Below the pieces are notes generated by a model. That model did no database searches and had not been told where the DNA came from. It worked only from the letters and a program-made list of their open reading frames with translations. A program made the position numbers and the translations under genes. A stretch of 64,000 nucleotides of DNA from the human T2T-CHM13v2.0 reference genome, Homo sapiens. The stretch is taken from assembly GCF_009914755.1 (NCBI RefSeq), contig NC_060938.1; one strand, 5' to 3'. Numbering within the stretch: the stretch's first letter is position 1; the number at the start of each line of letters is the position of its first letter. This document shows positions 59,770 through 64,000 of this stretch, piece after piece.

Positions 59770-61789
59770 CAGGGATAATGGGGTGGTGGTTCCTGGCCTC
59801 TGGGCTTGGAGGCAGGAGCCCCTCTCAGTTCAGTCATTCTGAGTCACACTTATGGCTTTCCCAGAGAAATAAGAGAGGGGGTTCTTAAGAAAACATCAGA
59901 AATATAAATGGCTTTTTCTGGTTCCTATTGCTCACTTTCACTCCATTCATAAAATCCAGTTCATTACTAAAAGGTCATTAACTTTGTTGTCAAACCAGGT
60001 TGATAAAGCCGGCATCCTGTATTCAAGCAGAATTGAGGGGTTTATGGGTTTAGGACAGCCTCAGAAAGCCCTACAGAATATCAGGGCTTGAAATCTTAAC
60101 TCATCTAGCCCAACTCTCTTCTTTTACAGATGAGAAAAATGAACCCCCAGAGGGGAATGGACCTGCCTGAGACAGCGGCGGATCTGTGACCAGAACACAG
60201 GGCTTCTGACTCCCAGTTAAATGCTTTTATTCTGATACACTTTAACATTTCATTCCCTCATTTTACACCCGATTACCGAGTCCTTACTATCTTCCAGGTG
60301 CTGTTGGGGAGGGGGTCATGAAGGGGGACAAAGAGATGAAAACAACACAATTCCTGCCTTCAGGGAGCTCTTTCCCTAGATCTGTGGTTCTTAGGGAGAA
60401 AAAATAAAAACCGGTGAGTCAGACTCTTACCTTATATTATCTCCTATAGGTGATGATGGAAGAGGAGAAGAAGGGAGGGCACACTTTTTTCTCCTTAAGG
60501 TTTATAAGTTTGGCTTCACTGATTCTGGGACCCCACGGTGGCCAAGGACAAAGGGAGACATGGCCATGCTGGGAGAAGAGGGGGTAGGGGTGACAATAAT
60601 CAGGTCACTGACAGCAGGCCTGGCTAGGGGTTGGGAACAGTGACAGCAGCGCACACTGGTATGGAGATGTACAGGTGGCAAGCCTCCAATCAGGTGCATT
60701 GTTTTTCATTGGGCCCCAAGGCAGTTCCCTGAGGTGAGCAGAGCGGTGACCTTATCCCCACTCCAGGGGTGAGGAGGATGAGGTTGAAAGAGCTTAGGGA
60801 ACTAGCTAAAGCCAGTAAATGCCAGCACCCAGCCAGGAACTCCTACTCTAGTGCTCTTTCTACCCCTGGGGGTAGGGAAGTTGTGTTGGGTTGGAGGGTG
60901 GGGATAAAGCAGTAGAAAGAAGTGGTCAGCCACAAGGGTAGGCCAATTCTTCCTCCACGCAGTTTTATTTTGATCGCTACATTCTGCCAGTCATAGAGAA
61001 CTCTGCTCTGAAGAACTAGAAGCACTTTGCAGGCCTGAATGAGCTCATTCAGCGCACTCTTGCCAGAAAGAGAGAGAACTCCTAATGGAGGCTCTGTCTA
61101 GGGTCACCAGCACATAATAGAAAACAGGACCCAGGTTCCCTGACTCTTTGCCCTCATGCGCCAAGAGATGTGATGCAAATCCTGCCTGCTTCTGTGAGCG
61201 TCAAGAGTGTCATAGGAAAAAAAATTGAGGTATCTTCCAGGACCTCCTTCCTTCCCTGAAGAAATGGGTTAATCCATCCTAAGGGGCCTTGGCCCAAGAG
61301 CCAATCCCTTGGCCCAAGAGCCATTTCCAGGGCAGAGAAATCTCAGAGCAGGGGGTACCACAGCCACCTCAGTCACCTGGGTGAACAGGTTTGGGTGCGA
61401 GAAGAGGGGAGCTTAGTGAAGCCTGCTCAGATTTTGCTAGTGTCGCAAAACCTTGGTGGGGACTGGGGTACCAGGGAGTCTGAGGCTCTAATCAGTATTT
61501 CTTGCCGTCAGTAGGCAGGATGTCTAGGAGCTGCCTGAGGTCAGGGTCAAGGCCTGATGTTGTGAGGTTATGGTGTCTTGACCCCAGTTCATCAGCCCCC
61601 TCCCAGCACCCCCAGCCTGCAGGATGAGGGGTAGGGAGGGACGAAGTGCAAGCCTTGGCGGAGCGCAAGGTGCGGCCAAGCAGGGAGTCAGAGCCCCTAG
61701 CCCCGAGAGGGCTCCCGTGCCCTCCCCAGCTCACTCCCCGCTCCGTGCCTAGCTCTGCGCTCCCGCGGCGCCCCCAGACCGCCCCTTAC

Positions 61790-62090
61790 CTGTCCCGCCG
61801 CGGACGGTCCCGCCTCCTCCGCGGGGCTCGGGGGCTCGGCATGGGCCGGTGAGCGACGGCGCCCCCGCCTCGCGGTCGCGGTGGAACTCCCAGGAGGGCT
61901 CCCCTGCTCTCGTCCCCGCGTCCCTGAGCAGCCGCCGCTTCAGCACCGCGGACAGCTCCCGCCCGCAGCCCGCCGCCGCCGCCCGCCCCGCCCCGCGCGG
62001 TCCCGGGAGCCCCGCATCCTGGCCGGGCCCCGCCGCCGCCGCCGCCGCGCAGCCCTCGGCCCGGCCCGAGGCGGCTCCGCGCCGACTTGG
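61790..62090 (-). other. SYNDIG1L: SYNDIG1L non-coding exon 1 (5' end approximate)
   Basis: Strong donor CAG|GTAAGG at 61790/61789 inside the only CpG island of the window, upstream of exon 2 on the same strand. Confidence 0.8.
61939..61959 (+). promoter_or_regulatory. RE1/NRSE (REST-binding site)
   Basis: TTCAGCACCGCGGACAGCTCC versus consensus TTCAGCACCACGGACAGCGCC. Both half-sites are intact with canonical spacing; the 2 differences are at variable positions. Confidence 0.88.
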
Positions 62091-64000
62091 GAGAGCAGCG
62101 AGGAGGGTCCCCCTCCTTCCCGCCTCCCGCCGCCGCCGCCTCCCTCTCGCTTCCGTGCTCCGTGCTCCCTTCCACGCTCCGGAATCAGCCCACCAGGCAC
62201 TCCGGACCCGGCTCCGGGGCGGGGCGGGGCGGGAAGTCGGGGGAGCCCGGAGGAGGCGGCGAAGCGAGGGGCGCGCAGCTGGAACCCGCGTACCCGCTTC
62301 CTGGAGCCGAGCCCTCTTTCCCAGCCCTTCTCTCCCCTCCTCCCGCGCACCCCAGAGCGATGGGAGGCCCTTGGGCTTCTTGAAGCATTTTGGAGCTCCT
62401 AGGCTCCAAAGCCAGCCCTGAGTTTTTAACATTGATCTGCCCTAAAAAGAAAAACAAACAGAAAGCATTTATTGAGCACCTACTATATACCAGATACCAA
62501 GCCCGATAATGTGTTTAATCAACATAAGCTCATTTAATTTTCTTAACAACTCTATTAGGCAATATAGTGCCCCTCTTCCCCTCTTCCCCTCCCCCTGCCC
62601 CCCTCCCCCTGTCCCCCTTCCCCCTCCAATTTTGCAGACCAGGACGCTGGGCTCACAAGGATGAAATCCTGTGATTTGGAGATTCAGTGCTGTGCTGGGA
62701 AGGGCACAGGTTTTAAAGCTCATGGACCTAAGTTTTGGTCCTAGGGTCCCACTTGCTGTATAACCTCGAGCAAGTTACCTAACCTCTTAAAGCCTCAGGT
62801 TCCTCATGGACAAAGTGAGGGGTCATATGAGGACAAAATGAGATGACATACGTGACACATTGGCACTCAATAGGCACTCAGTGAGTGAGCGTCCCCCTGA
62901 GTTTTCCCAGCAAGAGCCCTGAGATCCGAATGCAGGCCTTTTGGCTGCTTTGTCTCCACCCTGTGCTGCTCTTTATCCACCTCCACCTGCGTTTCCTTTT
63001 TTTTTTTTTTTTTTGCATGGGGATGCCCTATCTTGAGTGTTACCAGTGGATGAACCTATTCTTCGAGCGCCTTCACAAGGTCTTGAGTCTCACCAAAGTC
63101 CCAGGAGGTCAGGAGGAGAGAGTATTCTCATTTTCTGAAGGTAAGTGTGGGTTTGCAAAGTAAACCACAGAGCAGGCTGCAGCTGGGGCTGGAAGACACA
63201 AGGAACCAGGGTCTGGCAGTGGGATTCCACTAGCATCCACTAGTCTCCTAGCATCCAGCTGAGGATGCTATAGCACATAGCATGGTGGACTCCAGGACTC
63301 CTTCACTCCCACAGGATGTGGGCATCTGGCACAGTTCGGTGTAGCTCCTAGAGTGCACAGTAGGAGCCAGGAGCAAGTCCACATCATGGGGCTTGGGTCT
63401 CCTTCCCTTCAAGGCAGGACAGAGAACTCCCTTATCCTGGGGTCTGTCTCAGGGCTGGTATTGGTGTTTAACTTGTTGGGTGCTAAATATATTATTGCTC
63501 TTCCTGTCTCTGCCCCATTAGTGGATAATGCAGTGAGAAGCCCCCTGAGGCCAGCAAGGGTCTTGGACCACTCATCTCAGGCCCATACTTCATCTTCACA
63601 GACACCCTCCTCCTCAAAACACAGACATACAGACACACACACAACACAGACACACATAGACACACACAGACACACACACAAGACATTGTCTCTGATGTCA
63701 GGCCACCCTCCTGTACCTTTGCTTTCTCTGGCCTTCCTCTCACAGGGGCTCATGGCCACCTACTTGGCCTTGGCCTCCCTCTGCTGCTCCCCTCCCCACC
63801 CTGGCTGTGCTCCATGCCTGGGCTGCATACTGAAATACTAATTGAAAGGATAATAAAAAAGCCAGTGAAGCAAAAGCCGCATATAAATTCTAAATACTAA
63901 TGTTGATAATTACATGCTGCTGCCTGGAGGGAAAACTCAAAGAGAGGCTGTTGGTGTTGTATCAAGGGCCCTGGCCTGGTGCCAGGAGACCCAGGTTCTA

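Larger units (their letters stand above)
61640..62360. promoter_or_regulatory. CpG island promoter of SYNDIG1L with GC boxes and short (CCG)n runs
   Basis: Very high GC and CpG density. Tandem GGGGCGGGGC boxes at ~62216-62233. (CCG)n runs at ~61970-61983, ~62030-62048 and ~62127-62140. Confidence 0.9.

Noticed and set aside
61749-62432. Long overlapping ORFs of 129-227 aa on both strands
   Set aside because: Stop-poor CpG island with low-complexity A/G/P/R composition and no domain. Only the ATG-initiated uORFs consistent with splicing were kept.

Overview
Human (primate) genomic DNA, very Alu-rich. The right third holds the complete SYNDIG1L (TMEM90A/capucin) gene on the minus strand. It has a non-coding exon 1 in a CpG island (donor at 61790), three coding exons (45624-45208, 43869-43729, 43573-43415; 717 nt, 238 aa, CD225/dispanin family) and a 3' UTR ending near AATAAA at 41797-41792. 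From recall this is chr14q24.3, downstream of VRTN. The left two thirds are intergenic. They hold a deep nest of mobile elements: L2 > MER5B > L1M > full-length Tigger3 with both TIRs and TA TSDs, which in turn contains a THE1 solo LTR with its own Alu, a full-length RPS2 processed pseudogene and about 14 Alus. Also present are an internal L1PA fragment with no poly(A) or TSD, a 3 x 123-bp tandem repeat, and a 3'UTR-only retrocopy interrupted by MER30. The most interesting functional signal is in SYNDIG1L exon 1: a near-perfect REST/RE1 site whose core is also the stop codon of an upstream ORF in frame with the main CDS, plus a second uORF spanning the exon 1-exon 2 junction. I found no evidence of a wholly new gene system. 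Most ORFs in the supplied track are Alu or GC-content artefacts. Repeat subfamily names come from recalled consensus sequences and need RepeatMasker confirmation.
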